A stretch of 64,000 nt of DNA from an uncultured Planctomycetia bacterium (GCA_964642015.1 CAZXLF010000002.1:2717-66716); one strand, 5' to 3'; numbered from the stretch's first letter, positions 28,638 to 38,516 are shown. Translations and numbers: made by a program. Notes: generated by a model from the letters alone, not told the origin.

Positions 28638-29063
28638 ATGGATCAATTTTTGTTAAAGAAACAACAAGTGTTCCATTCCATGGAATCGATCACTTTTACT
28701 TGGTTTGTTGTGGTTACTACCATCGTGATCATCATTTATGGGTATAATAAATATAGACAGTTAGAAAGAGAGATCTCGCTGGGCATCCACATGTTCAATG
28801 CCAAGATCTTTATGCCCGATAGAGCGATGTTCGATCAATACAAGAATAAAAAAATGCTGCTCGGCAACGATTTTATTAAAATGTATAAAGACGATGCTTT
28901 GAGGGAACACTTGTTGAAAAAGGAAGTCAGCTATTATCAGGAGCTATTAAAAATAGTCGATAACTTAAATACCCTTAAATTTTACAAACGTCTAGCAGTG
29001 ATTATTCTGGTCGGTACGGCTTCCATCGAGATTTTTTTTGTATGGTCTGCTTTTTCTCTGTGA
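28638..29063 (+). CDS. Hypothetical membrane protein
   Basis: RBS gaggag upstream, two hydrophobic segments, operonic position. Confidence 0.6.
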   Translation: MDQFLLKKQQVFHSMESITFTWFVVVTTIVIIIYGYNKYRQLEREISLGIHMFNAKIFMPDRAMFDQYKNKKMLLGNDFIKMYKDDALREHLLKKEVSYYQELLKIVDNLNTLKFYKRLAVIILVGTASIEIFFVWSAFSL

Positions 29064-29115
29064 TTTAAATGACAGGTCTAAAGGTTATATTGAAATTTTG
29101 AAAGGAGGTAATGCA

Positions 29116-29505
29116 ATGTCGATCGATGTGCATCATTTACGTTTCGCAGTGGTGGATGATGACCACCTGATTTTGGAAGTGTTTGCTTCGCTTATGCATC
29201 AATCAAATTATCATGCCGATTTTTTTTCCACGTTCGATCAGGCTTACAAAGCTATAACGGCCCACCCGGGACGATATGATCTTCTGATCACCGACATTTT
29301 TATGCCTGACGGTAACGGCATTGATTTTGCAAAAAAGATCAGGGTTGTTTTCCCCGACATTCCGATTTTGTTCATGACAGGGAGCGGGACGGACGAGCTC
29401 AAACAGCAGGCGTTAAATCTTGGCCGTGTTAGTTTTTTGGAAAAACCGTTTCATTTATCAAGCGTTTTAGAGGGAACGATAGTCAAATTTTTATCTGATA
29501 AATGA
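29116..29505 (+). CDS. Single-domain response regulator
   Basis: VVDDD, LITDIFMP, MTG, FLEKPF; RBS aggagg before ATG 29116. Confidence 0.9.
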   Translation: MSIDVHHLRFAVVDDDHLILEVFASLMHQSNYHADFFSTFDQAYKAITAHPGRYDLLITDIFMPDGNGIDFAKKIRVVFPDIPILFMTGSGTDELKQQALNLGRVSFLEKPFHLSSVLEGTIVKFLSDK

Positions 29506-29758
29506 CCTATCTGTATAATATTTTGAATCTCTAGGTTTGATTTAACCTATCGAAGTGAGCAGCTCGAAGAAGCCATTGGTTAACTGTTTCTGACTCAGCC
29601 TGCCGGCAGGAAGGGAATTGAGGGCGGGGTCTGCTTTGTTCTAAATTTAACTATTTTGTATATGGCTGGACAGTATTTGGTTTTTTTGGTAGAATTGTCG
29701 TTACTTATTGGGTGACCAGCGCTCATTGCCAATTGTATTATAAAGGCGGTAGTGAAGG

Positions 29759-30115
29759 ATGATGTCTAAACAGGCGATAGAAGAAAAGAGATCGTCTCGT
29801 AGAGCCAGTTGCCAAGCTTATTCTCAATTCAAAAACCTGGACTCTAAAATCCCGTCAGCCTATAATGAAACCTTTATAAGTGACATATCTGAAGGTGGTT
29901 TGCGCTTTCGTTCCCCCCAATTTATTCCGGTACATCATCGGTTATCGCTGAAAATTGATATTCCCAAAGCTCCTAGTATCGAAGTTATCGCAAAACCTGC
30001 CTGGATCAAAGAGCTCCCGAACCTCGAGCAATACGATGTCGGCGTACAATTTCTTACGCTGTCAGACACCGATAAATTTCTTCTTAAAAAATTCTTCGGC
30101 GTTTCCGCGATCTAA
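29759..30115 (+). CDS. PilZ-domain (c-di-GMP-binding) protein
   Basis: EKRSSRR (RxxxR) and DISEGG motifs, GVQF. Confidence 0.85.
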   Translation: MMSKQAIEEKRSSRRASCQAYSQFKNLDSKIPSAYNETFISDISEGGLRFRSPQFIPVHHRLSLKIDIPKAPSIEVIAKPAWIKELPNLEQYDVGVQFLTLSDTDKFLLKKFFGVSAI

Positions 30116-30941
30116 ACCGCCGGTCAATCCATTATTAAATGTCGGCCTCGTTTTATCGATCATGCTAAGTATGATTTTAACTCCAAGTGTGACTCAGGCG
30201 GACGAAGCCCCTAAAGAATTGCCGGGCGGATGGCGGCTTGTGTGGCATGACGAATTTAACGGTGGTCAGCTGGATACTTCAAAATGGACGGCCGGAGATC
30301 TAGCTCTCAATACCGGCACAGTCGAATACTACACGCCCGAAGATATTTATGTACACGATGGTGTTTTAACGATTCGCAGCCAAAAACGTCCCATGGGAGG
30401 ACGCCAGTATACCTCAGGATTGGTGTCAACTTACGGTAAATTCGCAATAACCTACGGTCGATTCGAGATATGCACGAGACTTTCCAAGGGCCAGGGTATT
30501 TTGTCGGCACAAACGCTTATGCCCATTAATAAAAGTGGAAGTTGGTCTCCTCAGATCGATATTGCGGAACTTCTTGGTCATGAACCCAATAAGATCCATA
30601 TGCTGCACCAGTATGGCACCGTTGATAAACACAAACATTATGGCGGCGTCTATGTAGGTCCCGATTTTTCAAATGATTTCCACATTTTTGCGGTGGAATG
30701 GGAACCGGACGAGATAAGGTGGTATGTCGATGGGGCCATGCGTTTTTCGACTAAGGACAACATCCCACATATGCCTATGAATATTATTTTAATTACAGAG
30801 GTGGGCGGTGAATGGGCAGGTTCTCCGACAAAAAAGACCGTGTTTCCTCAATACCATGACATTGATTATGTGCGTGTGTACGCCAAAGCCAACACTAATA
30901 TTGAGATCGCGGGTTCCAAAATCTCTAAAAATGCTATATAA
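30036..30941 (+). CDS. GH16 family protein with catalytic nucleophile Glu replaced by Gln (start uncertain)
   Basis: WRLVWHDEF, YTSG, YGRFE, DFHIFAVEW, IDYVRVY; motif reads QIDIAE instead of EIDIME. Confidence 0.85.
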   Translation: MSAYNFLRCQTPINFFLKNSSAFPRSKPPVNPLLNVGLVLSIMLSMILTPSVTQADEAPKELPGGWRLVWHDEFNGGQLDTSKWTAGDLALNTGTVEYYTPEDIYVHDGVLTIRSQKRPMGGRQYTSGLVSTYGKFAITYGRFEICTRLSKGQGILSAQTLMPINKSGSWSPQIDIAELLGHEPNKIHMLHQYGTVDKHKHYGGVYVGPDFSNDFHIFAVEWEPDEIRWYVDGAMRFSTKDNIPHMPMNIILITEVGGEWAGSPTKKTVFPQYHDIDYVRVYAKANTNIEIAGSKISKNAI

Positions 30942-30987
30942 AAAAGATAAAATGAATGATAACCTATGCAATTACTATACTGCTCAA

Positions 30988-31803
30988 ATGCCGATTTTTA
31001 AATATAGGGTCCAAAGGTTGCTTGTTCCCGTGATGATATTGTGTTGTTTATCATTTTCCGATGCCGTCAAAGCGGATGTTCCGAAAGAGCTCGCCGGAGG
31101 ATGGCGGCTTGTGTGGCATGACGAATTTGATGGAAATAAGTTGGATAGCTCAAAGTGGGTCGCTGAAGACGCGGCGCTTGAGAAAAATAATGAGGGCGAA
31201 TATTATACGCCGGAAGACGTTTCCGTTCATGATGGGTTTCTGACTCTGCGCAGCGAAAAACGTGATATGGGCGGCCGTCATTATACGTCAGGTTTGGTTG
31301 AGACTCGCGGTAAGTTTGCAAGAGTTTATGGCCGCTTCGAGATCCGCGCCAAATTACCGAAAGGTCAAGGCATCTGGCCGGCACATTGGTTGATGCCGGA
31401 TGATGATAGTTGGCCGCCTGAGATCGACATCATGGAGCTTATCGGGCACTATCCGAATAGGATCTATATGACGAATCATTTCACGAGCGCTGAAGGCGGG
31501 CCCACGTGGCACGGCGACAGTTTTACGGGTTCGGATTTTTCCAAGGATTTCCATGTTTTTGCGGTGGAGTGGGAACCGGATGAAATAAGATGGTACATTG
31601 ACGGCGTTGAGAGATTCTCGACGAAAGAAAATATCCCCAATGTCCCTATGAGGATCATTTTAAATACCGCCGTGGGAGGTGATTGGCCGGGTTATCCCAC
31701 AAAGAAGACAGTTTTCCCGCAATTTCATGACATTGATTATGTGCGTGTGTACGCCAAGATCAATACCAGCATCGAATTTGCCGATCCCAAAGACTCTGCC
31801 TAA
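30988..31803 (+). CDS. Glycoside hydrolase family 16 (laminarinase-like), secreted
   Basis: Signal peptide; GIWPAHW, WPPEIDIME intact ExDxxE motif. Confidence 0.9.
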   Translation: MPIFKYRVQRLLVPVMILCCLSFSDAVKADVPKELAGGWRLVWHDEFDGNKLDSSKWVAEDAALEKNNEGEYYTPEDVSVHDGFLTLRSEKRDMGGRHYTSGLVETRGKFARVYGRFEIRAKLPKGQGIWPAHWLMPDDDSWPPEIDIMELIGHYPNRIYMTNHFTSAEGGPTWHGDSFTGSDFSKDFHVFAVEWEPDEIRWYIDGVERFSTKENIPNVPMRIILNTAVGGDWPGYPTKKTVFPQFHDIDYVRVYAKINTSIEFADPKDSA

Positions 31804-31884
31804 AAAACATTAGAAAGACCACTAAGACCGAGAGAGGCAGTTCTATAAAAACTCGATCCTTTTCTTTTGGTTTAGGCAAACGCT

Positions 31885-33033
31885 GTGATAGAATTAACTT
31901 TCAAAATCATGACGATGCGCCAAGATCCCATCAAAGTTTTGGTCGTTGAGGCTCCTGCAAAAGATACGCAGCAGATCAGACAGATCCTTTCCGGCAAAAA
32001 AGACCCGTCGTACTCCGTCGAATCGGAAACAAACCAGAGAGTGGCGCTCGAGCGTGTTTTGAAAAGTGATATTCATGTCGTTCTGATGGATGAGTCGGCA
32101 CTGAGGTCCCCAGGTTCACAAGTTATCGATCATTGGGCGGATAAGTCATCTTCAACACCTATTATTATCATCGCTGACGGCGAGAACCAGGAATATGTTC
32201 AAAAAGCCATTGAAAAAGGCGCGCAAGATTTTTTATTAAGATCGGATATCGATGAGCGGATCCTGCCGCGCGTGATCAAATACGCGATGGAGCGTAAAGT
32301 TTCCGAGGAAAGAACAAGGTCGCTTGCGAATAGAGGCCTGGCTTTTGTGTCGCTGGTCTCGCATGAACTTCGTGCGCCTCTGGCGATAGTGAAAGAAGGT
32401 GTGAATCTGGTTTTGGACAAGATCCTTGGAAAGACCAATCAAAAACAGCACCAAGTTCTGACGGCCACCCGCCGCAATATTAATCGGCTTGATCAGATCA
32501 TCACGAATATGCTGGATATTTCTAAGATCGAAGCAGGCGACATCAGGCTGCAAAAACAATGGTTCGATCTGGTCGATGTCGTGAAAAAGGTCATCGGTTC
32601 ATATGACCTTCAGATCAGGGAAAAGAAACTCAATTTGCGTGTCACTTTTTCGGGCCAGACCGTGGAAGTTTACGCCGACAAATACAGGATTTTTCAAATT
32701 TTATCTAATTTGATCGGCAATGCCATTAAATTTTCCGAGAAAGGCACCATCACGATTGCGGCTTTCGAAAAGTCGGGTCATATAGAATGTTCTATTTCGG
32801 ACAATGGTGTCGGTATCGCGAAAGATGATCTGGCGAAAGTGTTTTGCAAATTCCAGCCGTTTGGATGGACGCCCGGCGGAGGCGAAAAAGGCATGGGGTT
32901 GGGGCTTGCGATTTCTAAGTCTCTTGTCGAGCTTCACAGCGGCACGATCCAAGTTGAAAGCCAATTGGGCAAAGGATCTTGTTTCACGTTCTCTTTGCCC
33001 AAAGAGCCGACTTCAAAATTCGGCAGGGTGTAG
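31885..33033 (+). CDS. Receiver-histidine kinase hybrid
   Basis: Degenerate N-terminal REC, VSHELRAPL H-box, NLIGNAIKF, DNGVGI, GMGLGL. Confidence 0.9.
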   Translation: MIELTFKIMTMRQDPIKVLVVEAPAKDTQQIRQILSGKKDPSYSVESETNQRVALERVLKSDIHVVLMDESALRSPGSQVIDHWADKSSSTPIIIIADGENQEYVQKAIEKGAQDFLLRSDIDERILPRVIKYAMERKVSEERTRSLANRGLAFVSLVSHELRAPLAIVKEGVNLVLDKILGKTNQKQHQVLTATRRNINRLDQIITNMLDISKIEAGDIRLQKQWFDLVDVVKKVIGSYDLQIREKKLNLRVTFSGQTVEVYADKYRIFQILSNLIGNAIKFSEKGTITIAAFEKSGHIECSISDNGVGIAKDDLAKVFCKFQPFGWTPGGGEKGMGLGLAISKSLVELHSGTIQVESQLGKGSCFTFSLPKEPTSKFGRV

Positions 33034-33035
33034 CT

Positions 33036-33422
33036 ATGTCCGAAAAAAAGAAAATATTGATCATTGATGACGAGATTGAATTTGTCGACATGATCTCAAT
33101 GAGGCTTCAAGCCTCCGGTTATAATGTAGTGGCTGTGTACGATGGCGACAGCGTGTTGAACAAAGTTCGGTCGGAAAAGCCGGATCTTATCATATTAGAC
33201 GTCATGCTTCCGAAGGCGGATGGTTATCAGGTCTGTGAGCTGATTAAAAAGGATCCTATCGTTTCAAAGATCCCTATTGTCGTGCTGACTGCAAAGGACC
33301 CATCCCGCGAAGTGGATGATATCCGGAAGACCGGCGTCGAAGATTGTTTCATAAAACCATTTGACCCTAAACAACTTCTGGCTAAGATCAAACAACTTAT
33401 TAAAAATCCTTCCCAAGACTAG
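33036..33422 (+). CDS. Single-domain response regulator
   Basis: ILIIDDE, ILDVMLP, VLTA, IKPF. Confidence 0.9.
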   Translation: MSEKKKILIIDDEIEFVDMISMRLQASGYNVVAVYDGDSVLNKVRSEKPDLIILDVMLPKADGYQVCELIKKDPIVSKIPIVVLTAKDPSREVDDIRKTGVEDCFIKPFDPKQLLAKIKQLIKNPSQD

Positions 33423-33427
33423 AATTT

Positions 33428-33501
33428 GTGCCCATAGCTCAATTGGATAGAGCGCTTCCCTCCGAAGGAAGAGGTTGCTGGTTCAACTCCAGTTGGGCAC
33501 G
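33428..33501 (+). tRNA. tRNA-Arg (CCG)
   Basis: GTGCCCA/TGGGCAC acceptor stem, CTTCC-CTCCGAA-GGAAG anticodon arm, GGTTCAACTCC T-arm. Confidence 0.95.
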
Positions 33502-33595
33502 AATTTCATTAAAAAATTTTAATCTTAAGATTAATTTTTAACTGGACTAAGCGTTTTCAAGTGCTAGAATATGCTCCCTATCTAAAGGAGGTCTT

Positions 33596-34849
33596 ATGGT
33601 TAAACACAAGAATAAAAACTTTATATTTGCTAAGTATTTTATAGCAGTATTGGCTTTGGCGTTGGGATTTTCGTATTCGAGCGCTTGGGCCGGTTATACC
33701 GATAAAAGTTATCACGAGGGAGAATTGCATACCTATAAACACCCCGGACAGGCGTCTTTCACGGGCCCTTTTGATTACGGCTCTAAGGAAACTCCTTCGC
33801 CAGCAGTTGAGCCTTCGGCTCCCGAAGGAAAATGCAATTGTTTCACTTTTGATGGCACAAAATCCTATGATCCTGATCGCGAAAAATTGACCTATGCTTG
33901 GAATTTCGGAGATGGCAATACAAGTGACCAACCGGTTGTCAAGCATTGCTACGACAAGGCAGGTGAATATAACGTTACGCTTACGGTAACAGATTCCTCA
34001 GGGCATGTTTGCGGCAACGGTGTTACTTCAACAAAAGTAAATGCCAATTATCCTCCTGTTGCGAAAGCGGGCGAAAACAAGGAAGCTTGCTTAGGCGAAG
34101 CGATCTCTTTCGACGGTTCAGGTTCTACGGCTTCTTCAGCGACACCGAAGTACAGCTGGGATTTTGGTGATGGTGAAACGGGCGATGGAGTTCGTGTCAG
34201 CCATAATTATCAAAAGCCTGGTACTTACCGTGTTCGTTTGACTGTGGATGACGGAAAAGGGACAGAATGTTCCGTGGCCACGGATTCTATCAATGCTGTA
34301 GTCACTGAAAGAGCGTCTGTTAAACTTGAGGGTCCGAAAGCCACATGTGTCGGCAACTCTGCGCATTTTGAAGCCAATGGTTCCGGTGTATCCAAGTATA
34401 CTTGGGATTTCGGCGATGGCACTACCGCTGAAGGCGGTTCCAGCGCAACGCATACCTATGAGAAAGGCGGTACTTATACGGTGAGAGTGACTGGGGATTC
34501 CGGTCACGGCGGAAGCTGCGCGGTTGCTTCGGATAGCACGACCATTAAAGTTAATTCTTCTCCGATCGCAAAGGCAGGACAAAATCTTGCTTGCTGCGTG
34601 GACAAGGATACTACTTTTGATGGCTCAGGTTCCAGCTCTCCGGACGGCAGACAGTTAAGCTATCACTGGGATTTTGGTGACGGCGAAAGTGCTGACGGTG
34701 CAAAGGTCACACACGCTTATAAGAAGAATGGCCAATATCGTGTGATCTTGACGGTCAAAGATGATTCCGGGAGCGATTGCAGCTCAGCCAGCGATTCTTT
34801 CACGGCTGATGTGAATGGAAAACCGGAAGCGGTCATTGAAGTCAGGTAA
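33596..34849 (+). CDS. Secreted PKD-repeat protein (4 PKD domains)
   Basis: Signal peptide; four W(D/N)FGDG...H.Y...G.Y.V.L.V.D repeats; RBS aaggagg. Confidence 0.9.
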   Translation: MVKHKNKNFIFAKYFIAVLALALGFSYSSAWAGYTDKSYHEGELHTYKHPGQASFTGPFDYGSKETPSPAVEPSAPEGKCNCFTFDGTKSYDPDREKLTYAWNFGDGNTSDQPVVKHCYDKAGEYNVTLTVTDSSGHVCGNGVTSTKVNANYPPVAKAGENKEACLGEAISFDGSGSTASSATPKYSWDFGDGETGDGVRVSHNYQKPGTYRVRLTVDDGKGTECSVATDSINAVVTERASVKLEGPKATCVGNSAHFEANGSGVSKYTWDFGDGTTAEGGSSATHTYEKGGTYTVRVTGDSGHGGSCAVASDSTTIKVNSSPIAKAGQNLACCVDKDTTFDGSGSSSPDGRQLSYHWDFGDGESADGAKVTHAYKKNGQYRVILTVKDDSGSDCSSASDSFTADVNGKPEAVIEVR

Positions 34850-34868
34850 TTTGTAGTTTTTCAAGATC

Positions 34869-34907
34869 ATGGGCAGCTCATTTTAAAAATGGGCTGCCCA
34901 TTTTTTT
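34869..34907 (+). terminator. Rho-independent terminator
   Basis: ATGGGCAGCTCATTTT/AAAATGGGCTGCCCAT hairpin followed by a T run. Confidence 0.8.
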
Positions 34908-34953
34908 GTCGAGTCGGTCACCATTTAATTTTATATCTGAAGAAGGAGATTAG

Positions 34954-35448
34954 ATGATCAACAATCCTAATGATTTACTTAATCCTGTGTTGAAAATAGG
35001 CGAAAATAAAATACTAAATGAATTCAAAGCTTTTATCATGCGCGGCAATGTGCTTGATATGGCGATTGGTGTGATCATCGGCGGAGCGTTCGGTAAAATA
35101 GTCTCATCGCTTGTGAGTGATGTTTTAATGCCGCCGATCGGCCGGTTGATGGGAGGCGTGGATTTTTCGAATCTTTTTATCAATCTCGGAAAAACATCCT
35201 ACGCTACCCTGAAAGATGCGCAAACCGCAGGAGCTCCCACACTTAATTATGGTTTGTTCTTGAATGCGATATTGAATTTTATGATTGTTGCCGCGACTAT
35301 ATTCATTCTCGTCAGGCAAGTCAGCAAACTCTATCCGAAGCCGGCGGAAGCGCCCGCAGTGCCAACGACCAAAGAATGCCGGTATTGTCTTTCGGCGGTA
35401 CCCATCAAGGCGACACGTTGCGCGCACTGCACTTCTGAAAATATATGA
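34954..35448 (+). CDS. mscL: Large-conductance mechanosensitive channel with C-terminal zinc-ribbon-like tail
   Basis: [32 protein letters not shown]; [11 protein letters not shown]; CRYC...CAHC tail. Confidence 0.95.
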   Translation: MINNPNDLLNPVLKIGENKILNEFKAFIMRGNVLDMAIGVIIGGAFGKIVSSLVSDVLMPPIGRLMGGVDFSNLFINLGKTSYATLKDAQTAGAPTLNYGLFLNAILNFMIVAATIFILVRQVSKLYPKPAEAPAVPTTKECRYCLSAVPIKATRCAHCTSENI

Positions 35449-35457
35449 TAATTTTGT

Positions 35458-35982
35458 ATGATCAAAAGCCTGTTTAATCGGAAAAACCCGCACATTATCG
35501 CGTGGCTGGCCGTTTTTCTCGTTTGCAGTCAAGTTCCTGTATTCAGTGAATCCGGTCTGGTGCATACAAAGAAATTCGGCGGGCTGAATGATGACGAAGT
35601 CATTTCGATGCGGGAGCTCAGACAAAGACAGCTAAGGCATGATCATCTGATTTTAATCGACGCGCGCGGTAAAAAAAGTTACGAAGAAGGTCATCTAGAA
35701 AACGCCATCCTTTCTTTGCCCGAAGACTACTACAAGAAAGAAGCGCTCTTTAAACAGGGCATTATTGCGCAATCCCCAAGCGTGGACCAGGCGCTTTCGG
35801 ATGCGATGGCATCTTATCCGAAAGGCACCCCAATCGTTACATATTGCAATGATGGTTGCCAAGCCAGTGCTGTTTTGCTGCTTAAGATCAAGCGTCTTGG
35901 ATTTCAAAATGTGCGTGCGATGGAAGGTGGTTTTCAATCTTGGCAATCTAAAGGCTATCCTATTATTATGGGCAAGTCTTGA
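35458..35982 (+). CDS. Rhodanese-like domain protein, probably exported
   Basis: LIDARG...YEEGHL.NA, IVTYC, MEGGF..W...GYP. Confidence 0.85.
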   Translation: MIKSLFNRKNPHIIAWLAVFLVCSQVPVFSESGLVHTKKFGGLNDDEVISMRELRQRQLRHDHLILIDARGKKSYEEGHLENAILSLPEDYYKKEALFKQGIIAQSPSVDQALSDAMASYPKGTPIVTYCNDGCQASAVLLLKIKRLGFQNVRAMEGGFQSWQSKGYPIIMGKS

Positions 35983-37409
35983 TTGGCGTAAACTTCGCAT
36001 TGCAAAAAAGAAACGGTCTTTTGCCTGTGGCCGGCATTGTTTTGATATGGGCCATCCTCACCTTACCGCTTATCGGCCATATTCAAGAGTTTAAATGGGA
36101 AGAAGGCAGGCATTTTTTTGCGGCCCAATCCATTTTAAGGAGCGGTAATTTTTTTTCTTACACCGTTCAAGGAGAGCGATTCATCATCAGGCCTCCGTTT
36201 TATATTTGGGTCGTTACGGTTTTTGCCAAGTTGTTCGGCTCGCTAAACTCAATTTCACTTCGATTGCCGTCAGCCCTGTCCAGTCTCATTATGGGATTGT
36301 CGATCTATATGTTCTTAAAGGGCCGCAGTTCTCCAGAGGCGGCGTTTTTTGCAAGCCTGTGTTTTTTTACTTTTCCCAATACATTTCAGCAGTCTACCGT
36401 TGGGGAGATCGACATGTTCTTAGCCATGACTTTGTTTTTGGCTATTCTTTTATGGGTGCGGATCTATTCGGTGAAATTATTCCGTATCAGAGATGCGTTA
36501 TGGTTCACATTCTGCTTGATGATCGCAAATTTAGTTAAGTGGCCTACTTTTTCGATCATCCTGTCGGCCTCGCTATTGATGACGATGTTCTTAGAGCAAA
36601 AGACCGCTACTGTGAGAATATTGGTTCTCTCGACAGCGATAGCCATTCTTCCTGTCCTAATCTGGTGTGTTCATAATTATCGACCCGGCGATTCGAGCCT
36701 GTTTTTTTATTTGATGACCAAATTAGGAAGTCCTATCAGTCTCCGGGCTTATGTGGGTCATAAATGGCAGCTTTTGGGTGAGATCCTAGAAGATTTTTCC
36801 CCATGGATTTTTATTGCGCCAATTTTTATTTTAATGAACGTCTTTGGTAAAAAAAGAATACGCGAAAATTCTTTGTTTTTAATGTTTGTTATTTATGTTT
36901 TGGTGAGCGTTTTAATAGTTTTGGTAAGTCCGAATACCAGACCATATTATTTGACCCCTGTATCGCCGGTTCTGGCAATCATGATGGGGTATTTGTATTT
37001 TGATTTCAAGGAAAAGGGATCGCGCAGATTTTTATCGGCACTCCGCCTTTTAGTGCTTTGTTTGGTTTCATACGGTATTTTTTATAATATAAATTTCATC
37101 GCGACAGCAAAAGAAAAGCATTCTTATAACCAGAAAAACGCGCAGATCATTGATCAATATGTGAAAGACAATATAATTTACTTACCGGATGTATATTTTA
37201 TGAACCAGGTAATTTATTTAAAGTCCAGGTACAAATTTATATCGTTAAAACCGGATTTTTTCGTTGGGAAAGATAGGCTCTTTATGATCAGGGAGCGGGA
37301 TTATGTTCAGCTGTTGTCGCAGCCTTTTGTGCGCAAGGACAAGTTGTTGACGGTCGCTTCATTGGATTATGGGAACGCTGGAAAGGCTTTTTTGATAAGG
37401 ACCGTATAA
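35979..37409 (+). CDS. GT-C fold glycosyltransferase (ArnT/PMT-like)
   Basis: WEEGRH, RPPFYIW, LRLPSAL, EIDM, PW, YYLTP motifs; many TM segments. Confidence 0.8.
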   Translation: MIGVNFALQKRNGLLPVAGIVLIWAILTLPLIGHIQEFKWEEGRHFFAAQSILRSGNFFSYTVQGERFIIRPPFYIWVVTVFAKLFGSLNSISLRLPSALSSLIMGLSIYMFLKGRSSPEAAFFASLCFFTFPNTFQQSTVGEIDMFLAMTLFLAILLWVRIYSVKLFRIRDALWFTFCLMIANLVKWPTFSIILSASLLMTMFLEQKTATVRILVLSTAIAILPVLIWCVHNYRPGDSSLFFYLMTKLGSPISLRAYVGHKWQLLGEILEDFSPWIFIAPIFILMNVFGKKRIRENSLFLMFVIYVLVSVLIVLVSPNTRPYYLTPVSPVLAIMMGYLYFDFKEKGSRRFLSALRLLVLCLVSYGIFYNINFIATAKEKHSYNQKNAQIIDQYVKDNIIYLPDVYFMNQVIYLKSRYKFISLKPDFFVGKDRLFMIRERDYVQLLSQPFVRKDKLLTVASLDYGNAGKAFLIRTV

Positions 37410-37490
37410 TGAATAATGAACCGGATAAAAAATAAAAAGGTCTTATGTCAAAAACCTTATCTATGGTATTGTGGGATCCCTCGGATTTTC

Positions 37491-37564
37491 GCGCCCATAG
37501 CTCAGCCGGATAGAGCGACTGGCTTCGAACCAGTAGGCCGCAGGTTCGAGTCCTGCTGGGCGCA
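37491..37564 (+). tRNA. tRNA-Arg (TCG)
   Basis: GCGCCCA/TGGGCGC acceptor stem, ACTGG-CTTCGAA-CCAGT, GCAGGTTCGAGTCCTGC. Confidence 0.95.
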
Positions 37565-37756
37565 TATTTTTTTGTAGGAATTGGCACAGGACTCGAAGAG
37601 AGTGCCAAGTTTATGAACTGCGACGGCTAGGAGCAGTGCCCGCCGCAGAGCGTAGGCGGGTCCGCCAATCAGTTTGGCGGAAATGCGGCGAGTGGCCGAC
37701 CTGAAGCGAACGTAAGTGAGCGGAAGGCGCCGAGTCCTGCTGGGCGCATATTTTTT
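37565..37756 (+). repeat. tRNA-associated structured element 1, ending in a duplicate of the tRNA-Arg 3' end
   Basis: 26 bp direct repeat 37547..37572 / 37731..37756; anti-T-arm CAGGACTCGAA at 37587; core shared with elements 2 and 3. Confidence 0.8.
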
Positions 37757-37911
37757 CGATATAAATCCAGAAATTCATAGATAAAACTAAATAACACTAG
37801 GCATTTCCGATATTTAAGCAGCTTAATTTAAGTTTGTCATAATGACGGTTTTTAGCTAGAATAGCACGTTCATGTAAAGCGGTATTTTTGGATGAGTGCG
37901 GGTCGATTTTT

Positions 37912-37984
<73 letters not shown>

Positions 37985-38113
37985 CGGTTTTTTGGAATAG
38001 CAATAGGGATCGAAGTGAGCCGCACGTTTTTGAGTTGCGATGGTAGGAGCAACGAATGCGGCAAGTGGTCGACCCGAAGCGAAAGCAGAGGGCTCCGATC
38101 CCTGCGCGGCACA
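37985..38113 (+). repeat. tRNA-associated structured element 2, ending in a duplicate of the tRNA-Lys 3' end
   Basis: 37967..37984 repeated at 38096..38113 (1 mismatch); anti-T-arm AGGGATCGAA at 38005. Confidence 0.8.
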
Positions 38114-38140
38114 TAGTTTTTTATATATGTAAATTTTTCC

Positions 38141-38222
38141 GGGCGGATGGCGAAACTGGCAGACGCGTCAGCCTTAGGAGCTGATGGGGCAACCCTTGGA
38201 GGTTCGAGTCCTCTTCCGCCCA
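38141..38222 (+). tRNA. tRNA-Leu (TAG)
   Basis: GGGCGGA/TCCGCCC acceptor stem, TCAGC-CTTAGGA-GCTGA, long variable arm, GGTTCGAGTCC. Confidence 0.95.
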
Positions 38223-38268
38223 AGATTTAATGGGTGAGAAAGAGTTAAGGCGACTCTAAAAGATTTCG

Positions 38269-38344
<76 letters not shown>

Positions 38345-38485
38345 TTTTATGATAAAAGCGGTTTAGGATTCGAAGTGAGCCGCAGTTTATGAGCTGCGAC
38401 GGGTAGAAGCAGCGAGTGCGGCGAGTGGCCGACCCGTAGCGAGCGTAAGCGAGCGAAGGGCGCCGAATCCCTTCTCTCGCTCCAT
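38345..38485 (+). repeat. tRNA-associated structured element 3, ending in a duplicate of the tRNA-Gly 3' end
   Basis: 38324..38345 repeated at 38464..38485 (1 mismatch); anti-T-arm GGATTCGAA at 38366. Confidence 0.8.
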
Positions 38486-38516
38486 ACTTTGTAGTCGATA
38501 GGAGAAACGAAACAAC

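Noticed and set aside
34954-35448. Zinc-ribbon tail on MscL as a novelty
   Set aside because: MscL proteins with a C-terminal CxxC-CxxC tail are a variant I recognise as common; kept as a feature only
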